64,000 nucleotides of DNA from Eledone cirrhosa (GCA_964016885.1 OZ024753.1:36332001-36396000), one strand, 5' to 3'. Counted from the stretch's first letter, positions 11,063 through 26,578 are shown. Translations and numbers: made by a program. Notes: generated by a model not told the origin, from the sequence alone.

Positions 11063-11458
11063 TAACCCCATCCCACCCCCATAACAACCAGAGTTGACCA
11101 CTTGCGCGGGTGTTCTTTTCAGACTAGTTATACACCTCATTAAAAAAAATAAAATAAAAAAAAAGCTTCCTAAACTCTCCATTTTCTTCACTATTCAACA
11201 TTGGTCCCTTCACGGTATAGCCCCCCCCCCCCTTCTAGATTTAGACCCCTTCCCAATAAAACACTTCAATTCGGGAGCTAAGTGGTTAGATAGGCTGGTA
11301 GGCTGGGCATAGGGCATTGCTCTTTCCCTCGTTCTCCTCACTTTATATCGAGCAATATATATATATATATAAATAAAAACAAATAACGAAACGAAATTAA
11401 ATTTCGTTTCGCTTCTAACTCACTTTAATTGTTTATATATAAATATATATATATATAT

Positions 11459-11526
<68 letters not shown>

Positions 11527-11542
11527 TATATATATATATATA

Positions 11543-11578
<36 letters not shown>

Positions 11579-11624
11579 TATATATATATATATATAATTA
11601 TATAATTATATATATATATATATA

Positions 11625-11768
<144 letters not shown>

Positions 11769-11789
11769 TATATATATATATATATATGT

Positions 11790-11964
<175 letters not shown>

Positions 11965-11966
11965 CA

Positions 11967-12030
<64 letters not shown>

Positions 12031-12099
12031 ATATATAAATACATATACATATAATATAAATATATATATTAAATATAAATATAAATATATATATTATAA

Positions 12100-12137
<38 letters not shown>

Positions 12138-12296
12138 ATTATATATATATAAATAAATATATATATAATATAAATATATATATATATTTATATATTATAT
12201 ATATATATTATATATAAATAAATATATATATAATATAAATATTATATATAAATATATATATAATATAAATATATATATATATAATTATATATATAC

Positions 12297-12328
<32 letters not shown>

Positions 12329-12336
12329 CATATATG

Positions 12337-12379
<43 letters not shown>

Positions 12380-12493
12380 TATATACTAAAATAAAATCTA
12401 AAAAGATACCATGAGTCTCGTTTGAATTTCTTTTAGCTTCGTTGGTTTTCTTTGAAATAAAACCGTCTTTTGTGTTAATGTAATCATTGCTGA

Positions 12494-12542
<49 letters not shown>

Positions 12543-12847
12543 GGTGCTGTTGTTGTTGTTGGTGTTGTTGTTGTTGTTGCCGTTATTATAATCCTCATCA
12601 GCTTTAATAATGTTTATTGTTATTATCATTATTATCATTATTAGAATTCATCATCATCATCATCATCATAACCATCATCACCATAACCACCACCATCATC
12701 ATCATCATCATCACCATCATTATTGCGATCATCATCATCACCATCATCATCGTGATCTCGCCATTATCATCACCATCACCACCACCACCACCACCACCAT
12801 CATCATCATCGCCATCGCCATCATCACCATCATCATCGTGATCTCGC

Positions 12848-12888
<41 letters not shown>

Positions 12889-13039
12889 CCATCGTTATTG
12901 TTGTTTAGAAAACATTATTTTTGTCATTGTTATTGCTATTGTTATTGTTGTTATTATTATTATTGTAATTTTTTTTAAAGTGATGTTGTTAATCTCGACT
13001 GACAGACGACATAAAGACACTCACACACACACATACACA

Positions 13040-13279
13040 TACTTGAATTTATGCATCTATACATACATACACCTACAAACACACAAACACACACAGACAC
13101 ACACACACATACACATACTTGAATTTATGCATCTATACATACATACACCTACACACACACACACATACATACACATACACATACTTGAATTTATGCATCT
13201 ACATATAGACACCCTTACACACATACAAATACACATACTTGAATTTATACACCTATACATACATACACCTACACACACA

Positions 13280-13324
<45 letters not shown>

Positions 13325-13407
13325 ATACTTGAATTTATGCACCTAAACACACGTATATATATACACACACACATACACATTCTTGAATTTATGCACCTAA
13401 ACACACT

Positions 13408-13443
<36 letters not shown>

Positions 13444-13480
13444 TACTTGAATTTATGCACCTAAACACACTTATACAAAG
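13040..13480. repeat. (CA)n array punctuated by recurring TACTTGAATTTATGCAYCTA
   Basis: About 7 copies of the ~20-bp motif. Confidence 0.8.
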
Positions 13481-13683
13481 CTAGAGCTACAGCTACAGCT
13501 ACATACACAGGAGGTGATTCCTTGCTTCGTCAATTCAATCAACTCCTTACACGATCTCTTGTATGTTTATCAATTTGAACTGAAGGGCCAGCTGTCAAGA
13601 CACTTTATGTGAGGCACTTACGCACATTCATACACACACGTACACACACACACGCGCGCGCACATTCATACACACACGCACGT

Positions 13684-13716
<33 letters not shown>

Positions 13717-13880
13717 TTCATACACACACGCACGCACACATACACACTCACACGAACATTCATACACACACGCACATGCACATTCATACACACAAGCACT
13801 CACGCATACACTCACACATACACAGATAGGCAGACACACAGACACACACACACGCATATATATATATATATATATATATA

Positions 13881-14054
13881 TACAAGGGTCTGCTGAAAAG
13901 TTCCTAGGTTGACTATAAAGAAGTGATGCTAGAGCTGTGAAATATTGCATGCATTAATTTCTCCTCTTCTTAGTAATAACCGCATTGTTTCTTTCCAGGG
14001 ACTATGTTGAAAAATAAACCACATTTGGTCATTCTATGGGAGTATCTTGGTCAG

Positions 14055-14058
<4 letters not shown>
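13881..14058. mobile_element. Mariner-like terminal fragment/MITE in (TA)n
   Basis: Starts TA-CAAGGGTCTGCTGAAAAGTTCC, resembling a mariner TIR; opposite TIR degraded. Confidence 0.45.
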
Positions 14059-14121
<63 letters not shown>

Positions 14122-14259
14122 ATACATTATAAAGGGTCGGGGCCCAACTGCTGAGCTTTTGCTGTTTCAACAGCAATACTCTACTATCCAAAGTAGCGAG
14201 TACTCTGTTGAGTTATGGTCTAACTAGTTTTAAACTGGTTCTACCATAATATAATATAA

Positions 14260-14438
14260 TTGATTCTACTTTAGGCACAAGGCCAGCAATTACCCAGTGT
14301 ATTACTGGTACTTTATTTTATCGACCCCCGTAAGGATGAAAGGCAAAGTTAACCTCGGCGGGATTTGAACTAGGATGGCAAGGGCGGTAACTCTATGCGT
14401 CAAAGCATGGCGTCCGACCCTCTACCGATACTACCAAT
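14260..14438 (-). mobile_element. Nin-like tRNA-SINE copy
   Basis: Same consensus as the 3.6-4.8 kb cluster. Confidence 0.85.
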
Positions 14439-15035
14439 CTATAAATATATATATATATATATACATACATCCCAGAAGAACTTTCTCGGGTATCTCAATG
14501 ATAGGGGCTCATTCTTATCATGTTGTCACAGTCCCCACCTAAGTAGGATTAACTGGCCTCCTATGCGGTTGTACCTCAGCGGAGGTTTCTCAAGTGTTTT
14601 AATGTTAGAGGCCACAGTTGTATTAAGAAACGTAATGTGAAATGAATTGTTTTGCTCAAGAATAACAAACAGTCGCTTGGCCCAGTATCGAATACGTAAC
14701 CATATGATCGTGATAAAAACAAAACCCTAACCACCAACATACGTATCTTGTACAAAATCAAGGAGAGTAACATGAGCATTAACAACAATAATAATAAAAA
14801 CGAAGACGACAACTACAACTACAACAACAACAACAACGACGTCAATAACAGCAACAACAATCACAACAACAGCAACAACAACGACCATGACGATGCCAAC
14901 AACAACAACAATAACAATGACAACAAGAGCAACAACAACAACACAAGAATGACGATAATGACGTTGTCAATAATAACGAACAACAACAACAATAACAACA
15001 ACAACAACAACATCAACAATACTGCTAACAACAAT

Positions 15036-15072
<37 letters not shown>

Positions 15073-15170
15073 CGGCTGACAATATGACAACAAAGTCAGT
15101 ACTGTAATGTAAATCAAATAATAAAGAAACCTATGTGAAGATAAATTACTACAAATGGCCACTTGGTTGT

Positions 15171-15203
<33 letters not shown>

Positions 15204-15406
15204 TATATATACATATATACATATATATATATATGTATGTATGCATATATATATATATATATATACACACACATGCACATATACACACACATACACGTAT
15301 AAATATATGTTTATTCATTTCATTTTCGCTCGCTCTCTCTCTCTCACTCTCTTTCTCTATATATCATTATCTAGATATATATTAGTTCATTTATATATAT
15401 ATATAA

Positions 15407-15437
<31 letters not shown>

Positions 15438-15465
15438 TGTATGTATGTATGTATGTATGTATGTA

Positions 15466-16065
15466 TGTCAGGTCACCAGTTGGTGCTACTGGTAACATGT
15501 ATCCCAGTACAACCTGTCTCATGGTCGGGTCATTGGCGACTAAACTGGCAACCCCACCAAGGTTTCTTGGTGAGGAGGGTGGCTTTGGACATCCTGCAGG
15601 ACTAAAAACAAAACCTGTCAAAGGGCAAAGGAGCTCTTAAGAGTCAATGGCCATCCAAAATCACCGGGAGAGATGACCCCTTAGCCTTTGTCAAGGCAGA
15701 ATTCTAGGAGAAGGAAAACTCTGATATAACACCTGCAACCCTGATGGTATCCAATGATGTTGACTTGTTCTTCTTTTTGGTAAATATCATCTTGGTTAAG
15801 AGAGTGGGACTGGCTTTGTGCAGTGCCTTGGCTCACTATAAAAGCTTCACAGCACAGGCATTGCTTTATATCTGGAGATCTCTCTGCACTTGTCGTCACA
15901 TGGGCCTAGCACTATGTATCAATAATTGTCACAAGTGTAGTGTTTGTACCAAAGTTTTCAAGTCGCTGGCTGGACTAAAGTCACATTCGTTCAGCGCATC
16001 AGTAAGGGTTCTCCTACATGGATATAAAGTAGTGGCCGTACTCGAAAACGAGTTGGCAGCCACCA
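15466..16065 (+). mobile_element. ~600-bp non-autonomous RTE-derived element in (TATG)n, copy 1
   Basis: 5' AAACTGGCAACCCC motif like RTE 5'UTRs; 3' end encodes [19 protein letters not shown], a C2H2 finger typical of RTE ORF ends; highly similar to 32242-32848 and 48240-48845. Confidence 0.75.
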
Positions 16066-16244
16066 TGTATGTATGTATGTATGTATGTATGTATGTATGT
16101 ATGTATGTATGTATATTCATATGTGTGTGTGCAGACATAGAGGCAGGGATCAGCCTGCGGGAAAATCTACCCAAAGCTGTATTGGTGAGGATTCAATTAA
16201 AAGCATACGGTGTATAACAGCTGCTGTTAATGTCAGTACACTAA

Positions 16245-17495
16245 AGCTACCACCACTACCACTACCACCAATACCACTACCATGACCACCACCGTCGCCA
16301 CTACCATCACCATCACTATCAATACCACTGCCACCACTACCACCACTACCATCAACACCACTACTAATACCACCAATACCACCACTACCATCACCATCAC
16401 CACTACCACCACCACTACTATCATTGCCACCACTACCAATACCACCACTGCCACCACCACCAATACCACCACAACTGCCACCACCACCAATACCACCACA
16501 ACTGCCACCACCAATACCACCACTGCCACCACTACCATCACCATCACCACTACCACCACCACTACCATCACTGCCACCACTACCAATACCACCACTGCCA
16601 CCACCACCAATACCACCACAACTGCTACCACCAATACCACCACTGCCACCAGCACCACTACCACCACTGCCACCACTACCAATATCACCACTGCCACCAC
16701 TACCATCACCATCACCACTACCATCAACACCACTACCACTACCACCACTGCCACCACTACCACCACTACCATCAACACCACTACCAATACCAGCAATACC
16801 ATCACTACCATCACCATCACAACTGCCACCACCACTACTATCATTGCCACCACTACCAATACCACCACTGCCACCACTACCATCACCATCACCACTATCA
16901 CCACTACCATCAACACCACTACCAATACCACCAATACCACCACTACCACCATCTCTACCGTCACCACCACTACCAATACCACCACTGCCACCACCACCAA
17001 TACCACCACCAATACCACCACTGCCACCACTACCAATACCACCACTGCCACCACCACCAATACCACCACTGCCACCACCACCACAACTGCCACCACCAAT
17101 ACCACCACTGCCACCACTACCAATACCACCACTGCCACCACTACCACCATCACTACCGTCACCACCACTACCAATACCACCACTGCCACCACCACCAATA
17201 CCACCACAACTGCCACCACCAATACCACCACAACTGCCACCACCAATACCACCACTGCCACCACTACCACCATCACTACCGTCACCACCACTACCAATAC
17301 CACCACTGCCACCACCACCAATACCACCACAACTGCCACCACCAATACCACCACAACTGCCACCACCAATACCACCACTGCCACCACTACCAATACCACC
17401 ACTGCCACCACTACCATCACCAGCACCACTACCACCACTGCCACCACCACCACCATCGCTACCATCACCACCACCACTACCAATACCACCAATAC
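16245..17495. repeat. Cryptic (ACC)-based trinucleotide array with higher-order units
   Basis: Recurring CCAATACCACCACTGCCACCA units; explains the Gly/Pro/Thr/Val ORFs. Confidence 0.9.
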
Positions 17496-18272
17496 CCCAG
17501 TGCATTACTGGTACTTTATTTTATCGACCCAGTAAGGATGAAAGGCAACGCTAACCTCGATGGGATTTGAACTCAGAATGTAAAGGGACGTAAGAAAATG
17601 CTGCAAAGCATGTCCTCCGACCCCCTAACGATAATATATAGCGGTGGATTGACAGTATCAGTAGAGAGTCGGACGCCATGCTTTCCAGCATAGTTACGTC
17701 CCTTTACGGTCTGAGTTCAAATCCTGTCGAGGTTAACTTTGCCTTTCATCCTTATAGGGTCGATACAATAAAGTACCAGTAATGTACTGGGTATTTGCTG
17801 GCCTTGTGCCAAAAGTAGAAACGATAATGTAAAAGAATAAAAGCCGAAAATATGATACAAAACCTCAACAGAATCAGTAAGAAATACATTAGGCTATATT
17901 TTATCATTATTTTGGCAGTGGATGGTCGGACAACATGCTTTCCAGCATAGTTACGTCCCTTTACGGTCTGAGTTCAAATCCCGTCGAGGTTAACTTTGTC
18001 TTTCATCCTTACGGGATCGATAAAATAAACTACCGGTAATGTACTGGGTTATTTCTGGCCTTGTGCCAAAAGTAGTAATAATTATTTTGGAAGTATCGGT
18101 GGAGGGTCGGACGCCATGCTTTTGCAGCATAGAATTATGTCCCTTTTCGGTCTGTGTTCAAATCCCGCCGAGGTTAACTTTGCCTTTCATCCTTACGGGG
18201 TTGATCAAATAAAGCACCAGTAATGCACTGGGGTAATTTCTGGCCTTGTGCTAAAAAGTAGAAACAATTATT
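17494..18272. mobile_element. Cluster of four Nin-like SINE copies (approx. 17494-17630 -, 17641-17826 +, 17913-18085 +, 18088-18272 +)
   Basis: Same consensus core and B-box. Confidence 0.85.
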
Positions 18273-18279
18273 TATTAAG

Positions 18280-18748
18280 AAGACAAACACTTTCTTCTTC
18301 CGCGAAGTTCTGATTGACTCAGGTTTCACCTGAGGAGAAAAATCAAAGTGAAGAGGGAAATGCTGCCTTTCTACCAGTTTGGTGAAAGGTGGGTGAGAGA
18401 GATGAGCATGGTCCGTTTGAATGGTCTTGCTCTGAGTATGGGCTTGTAAAGAGAACAAGAACAATTGAGAAAGGGCACTAGCCCTAGTGGTCAATGTTAC
18501 CATCTCTTTTTGTGGGCTTTCTCCACGAGTGACCCTTGGAGGTATCCCTACCTTTGGGGAATTTGTTATGTTTGATTTTTTAAATGTTTATCCTTTTTTA
18601 GTCTTTGTTATTAACCTTTGTTATAAACCCTTATCTCACACAAATACCCCACACTGTACAGTCTCGAACTGTCTTTATTGTCCTATTAATGTAAGCCCTG
18701 TGGGTCTAATAATAAAACCATTATTTATTAATCATCATCATCATCGTC
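18280..18748 (+). mobile_element. L1/Tx1-like LINE 3' end
   Basis: RFHLRRKIKVKREMLPFYQFGERWV, then 3'UTR, AATAAA and (CAT)n tail. Confidence 0.55.
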
Positions 18749-18930
18749 ATCCTCTTGGTATGGAACCATTTTCATACATTACTTCACACGTTATGTATGA
18801 CAATGTTTCATTTTATCTATTAGAGAAAAGACACACACAAAAAAAAAATATGCACACGAACACACACATATACATATGTATATATATATATGTGTGTGTA
18901 CATATATATATATATATGTGTGTGTGTGTG

Positions 18931-19078
<148 letters not shown>

Positions 19079-19082
19079 TATA

Positions 19083-19114
<32 letters not shown>

Positions 19115-19141
19115 CATACACATATATAAATATGTATATAT

Positions 19142-19182
<41 letters not shown>

Positions 19183-19183
19183 A

Positions 19184-19272
<89 letters not shown>

Positions 19273-19366
19273 CACGTTTGTTTGATAATAGCGACATATT
19301 CGTAACGAAGCCAGCAATGTCCCTTACTGTAATAAATACCTCGATAATAGCGCTACTTCCTGGAAG

Positions 19367-19416
19367 TTATCAAACAATGCTTCTAGTCACCATATAGATG
19401 ACAGTCTTCAGGGTAA
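19367..19416 (-). ncRNA. Degenerate hammerhead
   Basis: Minus strand: ttacc-CTGAAGA-ctgtcatc-tatat-ggtgacta-GAAG-cattgttt-gataa; GAAA mutated. Confidence 0.4.
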
Positions 19417-19679
19417 AAATGATACGAAATAACTATTTTATAGAGAATGAATAAGAAGCAGAGACAAAAAAATATAAGACATGAAATTCTGGTTGTATAT
19501 CTAGGGTATCATTCCTTGGGCATTTTCATAACAGCAAGTATGGTACTATGATAATATGTATGAATTTAAATGTATATGTATATAGATATATAGATATATA
19601 TATTATATGTCTGAATGTATATATGCTTGCATCTGTCACTATACACACACATGTTTACATTTACACACATACACTCACA

Positions 19680-19745
<66 letters not shown>

Positions 19746-19791
19746 AAGAGAGAGAGCCAGAGACAAAAATGTTTCTATATGTGTGTATGAT

Positions 19792-19857
<66 letters not shown>

Positions 19858-20037
19858 TAAAATGCCTAGCTAGTATCAGAGATATGAGGTTTGATTCCTC
19901 AAAGCGGCCGATGGCGACTTTTCCGTTTATATATATATATATATATATATATAATTGAGATAGGAGGAGCAAGGAAGATTCAAACATTTTTTTAAAATAA
20001 AGTAAAAAATATAATTTAAATATTTACCTATTCCATT

Positions 20038-20100
20038 TGCTTTTACCGACGGTTTCACCTTACAAAAGATTGGAGATCCATAGGGACTCATCAAAGAGCA
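20038..20100 (-). ncRNA. Type I hammerhead with U3.G8 core
   Basis: Minus strand: tgctct-TTGATGA-(imperfect stem II)-GAAACC-gtc-GGTA-aaagca. Confidence 0.55.
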
Positions 20101-20288
20101 TTTTCCTTACCTAGGACAAAAGTCCCGGGAACGGCAAAATATATTGCCATCTGCCATATATATATATATATAGTTTTTAGTCTTCACATTTATTATTATT
20201 ACTCTATACTTTTTATATATACATATATACATATATATATAGTAATAATAAGTGTGAAGACTAAAATCCGAAGAGGGCTCGATAAGGG

Positions 20289-20357
<69 letters not shown>

Positions 20358-20465
20358 TAAAAGGAAAAGAAAATGCTGACACATTTTTCCCAGTGAAAAA
20401 TAGTTTAATTAGGAATAAGTAAAAATTAGTAATAAGTATTGGTTAGTATTCAGTTTTAGTTTTAA

Positions 20466-20503
20466 GTTTTACCGGTTGCGCATTTCTAATGCTTTTCAAA
20501 AAT
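20466..20503 (-). ncRNA. Divergent family B hammerhead (U3:A8; GAAA changed to GCAA)
   Basis: Minus strand: ttt-TTGAAAA-gcatt-aga-aatgc-GCAA-ccgg-TA-aaa; stem II sequence differs from 9714 but still pairs. Confidence 0.5.
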
Positions 20504-20569
20504 AATTTTAAGATAGAGCGCCCGTGATGTTTGCTCTAATCTTTCTCTCTCTCTCTATATATATATACA

Positions 20570-20722
20570 TAAACCCATAGAGCAAATATTTTTTATAAGA
20601 ACATATCAAAGTTTAAGGAATGAATCGCTGCTTTCACCCTTAACGGGATCTTCTGAAACATTTTTCTTAGTTACAGAACATCCCGTTAAGGGTGGAAGCA
20701 GCAATTCTTTGCTTAAATTTTA

Positions 20723-20725
<3 letters not shown>
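20570..20725. mobile_element. Family C element as inverted pair
   Basis: 20611-20659 (-) and 20669-20719 (+) are inverted copies of the motif at 52052-52102. Confidence 0.7.
20611..20659 (-). ncRNA. Family C hammerhead-like motif, U4A core
   Basis: Minus strand: gttt-CAGAAGA-tccc-gttaa-gggt-GAAAG...CTT-aaac. Confidence 0.55.
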
Positions 20726-20764
<39 letters not shown>

Positions 20765-21219
20765 ATAATACATATATATATATATATATATATACATACA
20801 TACATGGAGTTCTAACTGTGTTATTGATTCTCCAACCAGCGCCGACCACAGTTAACACTCCGCGCCAATCTTTAAATGTCTTTATTCATTTATAATCTAG
20901 ATCTAGACAGAGAGACCGACCGACCGGCAGACAAACAGACAGACGGACAAACAGACAGACGGACTGACCGACTGACAGACTGACTGACAGACGGACGTGT
21001 CATGCCTACTTACAATCTCATAAAGTACACGAGGTTTCTTCAGTATTGCTGACCACGCCCACATCATTGAAACGTTGATTTAGCAGCGAAGCAAACCTCT
21101 AATTAGAGAACCGCAGTTTCTCTATCGAGACGTCTTTAGTTGAGCTAACGTTAACATAGCATAGGAGATAGATAGAGAGGTGTATACATGTATGTATGTA
21201 TGTATGGGTGTATTTATGG

Positions 21220-21268
<49 letters not shown>

Positions 21269-21320
21269 AGGAAACATTCATATCTCTCTCTCTCTCTCTA
21301 TATATATATACACATAAACA

Positions 21321-21366
<46 letters not shown>

Positions 21367-21384
21367 TAAACACCTATATATATA

Positions 21385-21447
<63 letters not shown>

Positions 21448-21629
21448 TGAAACAGGAAACAAAAAAAAAAACAACGAAGAAGGGAGGAGGCAGTACAGAG
21501 TGTTAATATTAGTTTCACACATCTATATATATATACACACATATATATATATATACATACACACATATATGTATATATACATACATACATATATGTATAT
21601 ATACATACATACATATATATGTGTTTATA

Positions 21630-21667
<38 letters not shown>

Positions 21668-21730
21668 TACATACATACACATATTTATATATACATACAT
21701 ATATATATACATATATATATATATACATAC

Positions 21731-21777
<47 letters not shown>

Positions 21778-21799
21778 CATACGTACATGTACACGCACA

Positions 21800-21841
<42 letters not shown>

Positions 21842-22055
21842 ACGGGGTTCATCCCATATCCATTATATTCAAATCAGATCACTTATAAACCAACTGGGCC
21901 CTGCGTTTCTTTGATATAATTTTAGACACCCTCCCCCCCCCCACCTATTTATCTCTAATCAGTCAACGCCCTCCTCATCCTTTATTTTATTTCTCTTTCG
22001 GGTCGCTAGTCTATAATGGTTATATACACATACATACATGTTTATATATATACAC

Positions 22056-22201
<146 letters not shown>

Positions 22202-22202
22202 G

Positions 22203-22239
<37 letters not shown>

Positions 22240-22244
22240 GTATG

Positions 22245-22306
<62 letters not shown>

Positions 22307-22460
22307 TACATATATATACACATGTATATATATACATATACACACATATATATATACATATACATATATATATATATATATACGTATATATACATATATA
22401 TATGTGCATGTATATATATATATATACGTATATATACATATATATATGTGCATGTATATA

Positions 22461-22495
<35 letters not shown>

Positions 22496-22936
22496 CTTTT
22501 AATTTCAGGATTAATTTCTTCGTTTTTTCACCGACCCACCCCTAAAAACCACCGCACCCACCAAAATCCACCCCAACACCTTATTTTAATATTCATTTCT
22601 TTTTCTTTTTTAATTTCCTGTTGTTGATGCTTTTGTTACTTAGTCTTTCGTTAGTTTTTCCTTTTGTTTGTTTGTTAACATATCATTCTTTCTATTTTAT
22701 TTTTCTCTTTCGTCCGTGTCTTTATTTCTGCGTCTGTTGTTGATTTTATTGATGTTTTTTGGAAGATATTTGAATGGATGAAGCAGCCGACATTTCATCT
22801 GAAACCAGTGAAGTTATTCAACTGGAATGAATTATAAACAAACATAGGCTACATTATTACCTATCAACCAAATGGAGTGGAGTCGCAAGAAAATAAAAGA
22901 GAAAATATCAAAAAGAGGGAAAGAACAAATTATATA

Positions 22937-23012
<76 letters not shown>

Positions 23013-23099
23013 TGTATGTATGTATGTATGTATGTATATTATGATATATTTATGTATATATATATGTATATATGTAACTATATATGTATATATATATAT

Positions 23100-23143
<44 letters not shown>

Positions 23144-23899
23144 CTATATATATGTGTGTGTGTATGTGTGCGTGTGTATGTATATATACATATGTATGTA
23201 CACACCTAAAATCTACTCCATCATGTTGTACCTCACAGCAATTCTCATTTTCATTTCGCGTTGTCTTGTTAAGATTCCCAAGTCTCGCCATGATTGATTC
23301 TTCACGTGTTTCCATCCGGGATCACTAGATTTGTTGCAGTATTTCTATATCACCCAAGGGTGAATGATTGGCAGAACCGGTAGAGCATCGCCGATCATCA
23401 CAATCAATGAATTAGCGGAATCGTTAAAATACCGGATTAAATTCCTCGGGATTTGTTTCCGTGTCACTGCACTCTGTTTTCGGATCCCACCAAGGTCAAC
23501 TTAGCCTTTCGCCCTTACGGCTTGGTCCATAAATAAAATACCATACCAGTTAACTAGTATATATGGTGTCGTAGACATATATCTATATATATGATTAGTT
23601 TTCTATATAGATGATAAACACAACCACGAGGATATGGTCCGAACGTGGAATGGCCGAACTCGCACTGGTTATGGTTTGGTACATTGGCTGAATTGTTAAA
23701 GAGTAAGACGAGATGATTTGCGGTATTTGTATCGGGACAGTGAATTCTGCGATCAAATTACACTTTCACTCACCGGATGCTTCTGTCAGGAGTTACGACA
23801 GACATATATTATCAGCATTGAAAAAAAGACCAAGGGAAACATAGCTCCCTTGGTTCGATCTGGTGGTCGGTTTCTTTCATTTCTTTCTTTTCTAGATCG

Positions 23900-24125
23900 T
23901 CGGTCACAGTATGTAGTTACAACTCTTTAAAATCCGAGTTCATCGGTCATAATAAAAGTGTTGTATGTAGTTACAACTCTTTAAAATCCGAGTTCATCGG
24001 TCACAATAAAGTGTTGTATGTAGTTACAACTCTAAAATCTGAAATCATCTGTCACAATAAAGTGTTGAATGTACGGTCACAGTAAAGTGTTGTATTAAGT
24101 TACAACCCTTTAAAATCTGAGATCA
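23900..24125 (+). repeat. ~50-bp minisatellite resembling a SINE head segment
   Basis: Repeats of TCGGTCACAATAAAGTGTTGTATGTAGTTACAACTCTTTAAAATCCGAGTTCA running into a degenerate SINE body. Confidence 0.7.
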
Positions 24126-24384
24126 AATACCTACCATCGGTAGCAACTTTACCTTTGATCTTTCTGTACTCCATAACTAGGTACCACTCAAGTACTGGAG
24201 TCGTTGATTCCCTCCAACGACAACCAAAATCTCTATCATACCAAATGCTTTACAGTATCATATTTTGAGTCTAATCCGGCTGCGATCGAATTTGCCTTTT
24301 ATCGATCTAGAGACCGATAATATAGCTGCATTTTATCTACTTGTCAAATCGCAGCATTGCCGAAGTTCATTTCGCAATAATTAT

Positions 24385-24660
24385 GTCCCGAGTTCGATCC
24401 CATGGCATGGAATTTTGGGCAAATGTCCTTTACAATATCTTTGAGTCACCTCTAGCATTGTTAATGAAATTGGGTGGACGGAAACTGTTTGGAAGCCTGT
24501 CTGATGGACTATACCTATAATTCAAAGGACCAGCTTTGTTACACACTATATAACGTTGAATCTTCCCGGAAATTTATAAGTACACGTGTCTGTGGAATCC
24601 TCAGCCATTTACACGATAATTTCACGAGGAGGCTGTATCGATGATCGAACAACTACAGTA
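24385..24660 (+). mobile_element. Old tRNA/CORE-like SINE (third family)
   Basis: GAGTTCGATCCC B-box, TTGGGCAAATGTC, GACGGAAACTGTTTGGAAGCC; related copy on minus strand at ~58050-58316. Confidence 0.55.
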
Positions 24661-25311
24661 CTTATCATTTCATAGACTACCATTACGAGTTCAAATCTTG
24701 TCTATATATTCACATTTACTGTTTGTTTATGTCTGATAATCTAGCTGATCGATAAAGGAAGATCGATAAAGGAAGATCGATAAAATAAAGACCAGACTTG
24801 ATAAAGTAACTAAATAAAATACTGGGGTCGATATAATATAGTCAACTAAATACCCTTGATGAGGATAGCCCCAGCATGGTCGCAGCAGTCTAATAACCGA
24901 AAACAGTAATAAATAACAACGACACACATACATACACACACACACATACATACACACAGAAACACACACACACAGGATTTTGAAGTAGGAAGAGGGGGGT
25001 AAAAGGTGGAGTTGATATTTAAAAGAGTTAGTAGTGAGCAAAGAAGGAGGTTCTGTTTGTCTATGGCTTTCGGCGAAACCTTCTAAGATGAAAAAAAGGG
25101 GGTAGATGAACAATAGAAACGATAATAAAGAAACGATAAAGGGTGACCCTGCGGTTGTTTGTTGTCATCGTTTAATTCTTTGCTTTGCTTTCAATTTTAG
25201 TTAGCTACCTAACCATCACACATCGGTGGTGGGAAAAGGGGCGAGGGAAAGGAAAAAAGACCCCCAAAAAATGTCTTTGACTGGATTCTTTATTCACCTC
25301 TCTCTCTCACT

Positions 25312-25355
<44 letters not shown>

Positions 25356-25457
25356 GTAAATATATATTTGTATACACACACACACATATATATATATATA
25401 CACAAGTATATATATATACATATATATATATGCATATATATATATATATGCATATAT

Positions 25458-25491
<34 letters not shown>

Positions 25492-25567
25492 CAGTATATA
25501 TATATATATAAATATATGTATATATATGTGTATATGTATATATATATGTGTATATATCTATATATAC

Positions 25568-25599
<32 letters not shown>

Positions 25600-25693
25600 G
25601 TATATATCTATATATACATATATATATATAAATATATATATATATATCTATATATACATATATAAATATATATATATATATATCTATATATAC

Positions 25694-25748
<55 letters not shown>

Positions 25749-25920
25749 AATATATATATATATATGTATATATATATAAATATATATAAATATATATAAA
25801 TATATATATATATATATAAATATATATATATATGTATATATATAAATATATATATATATAAATATATATAAATATATATATATATATATAAATATATATA
25901 TATATGTATATATATATATA

Positions 25921-25951
<31 letters not shown>

Positions 25952-26247
25952 GTATATATATGTATGTATATGTAAGTATGTCTGCCTCTATTTACCTTAG
26001 CTATCGTCTACAAGTACCCGCCTATTGGTTCCCCACCCGTTGCCCACCCGCTGCCCGCTTGCCTATACATCGTACTTACGTGTGTACTTTGGTCTTTCTT
26101 ACACCCCTCTTCTCACTCACTCACTCTTTCTCACTTTCTCTCTCTCTCTCTGTCCCCTACTCTCCCTCTTACTGTTTCTATACACCCTCATCTCTCTCCC
26201 CACTACTGTCTCTTTCTATTTTTTCCTCTCTCTCTCTCACACACACA

Positions 26248-26288
<41 letters not shown>

Positions 26289-26332
26289 ATTTTACCGGCT
26301 TCAGTCATTAGACTACGGCCTTGCTAGGGCCC

Positions 26333-26578
<246 letters not shown>

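Noticed and set aside
10374-11191. Thr-rich and Ser/Gly-rich ORFs
   Set aside because: Compound microsatellite
13040-13480. Repeat-spacer appearance resembling a CRISPR array (also 59680-60150)
   Set aside because: Spacers are (CA)n or (TA)n of variable length, the context is eukaryotic and there are no cas genes
24853-24910. TTGATGA...GAAA hammerhead-like string
   Set aside because: No stem I pairing; the sequence is a diverged SINE 3' tail
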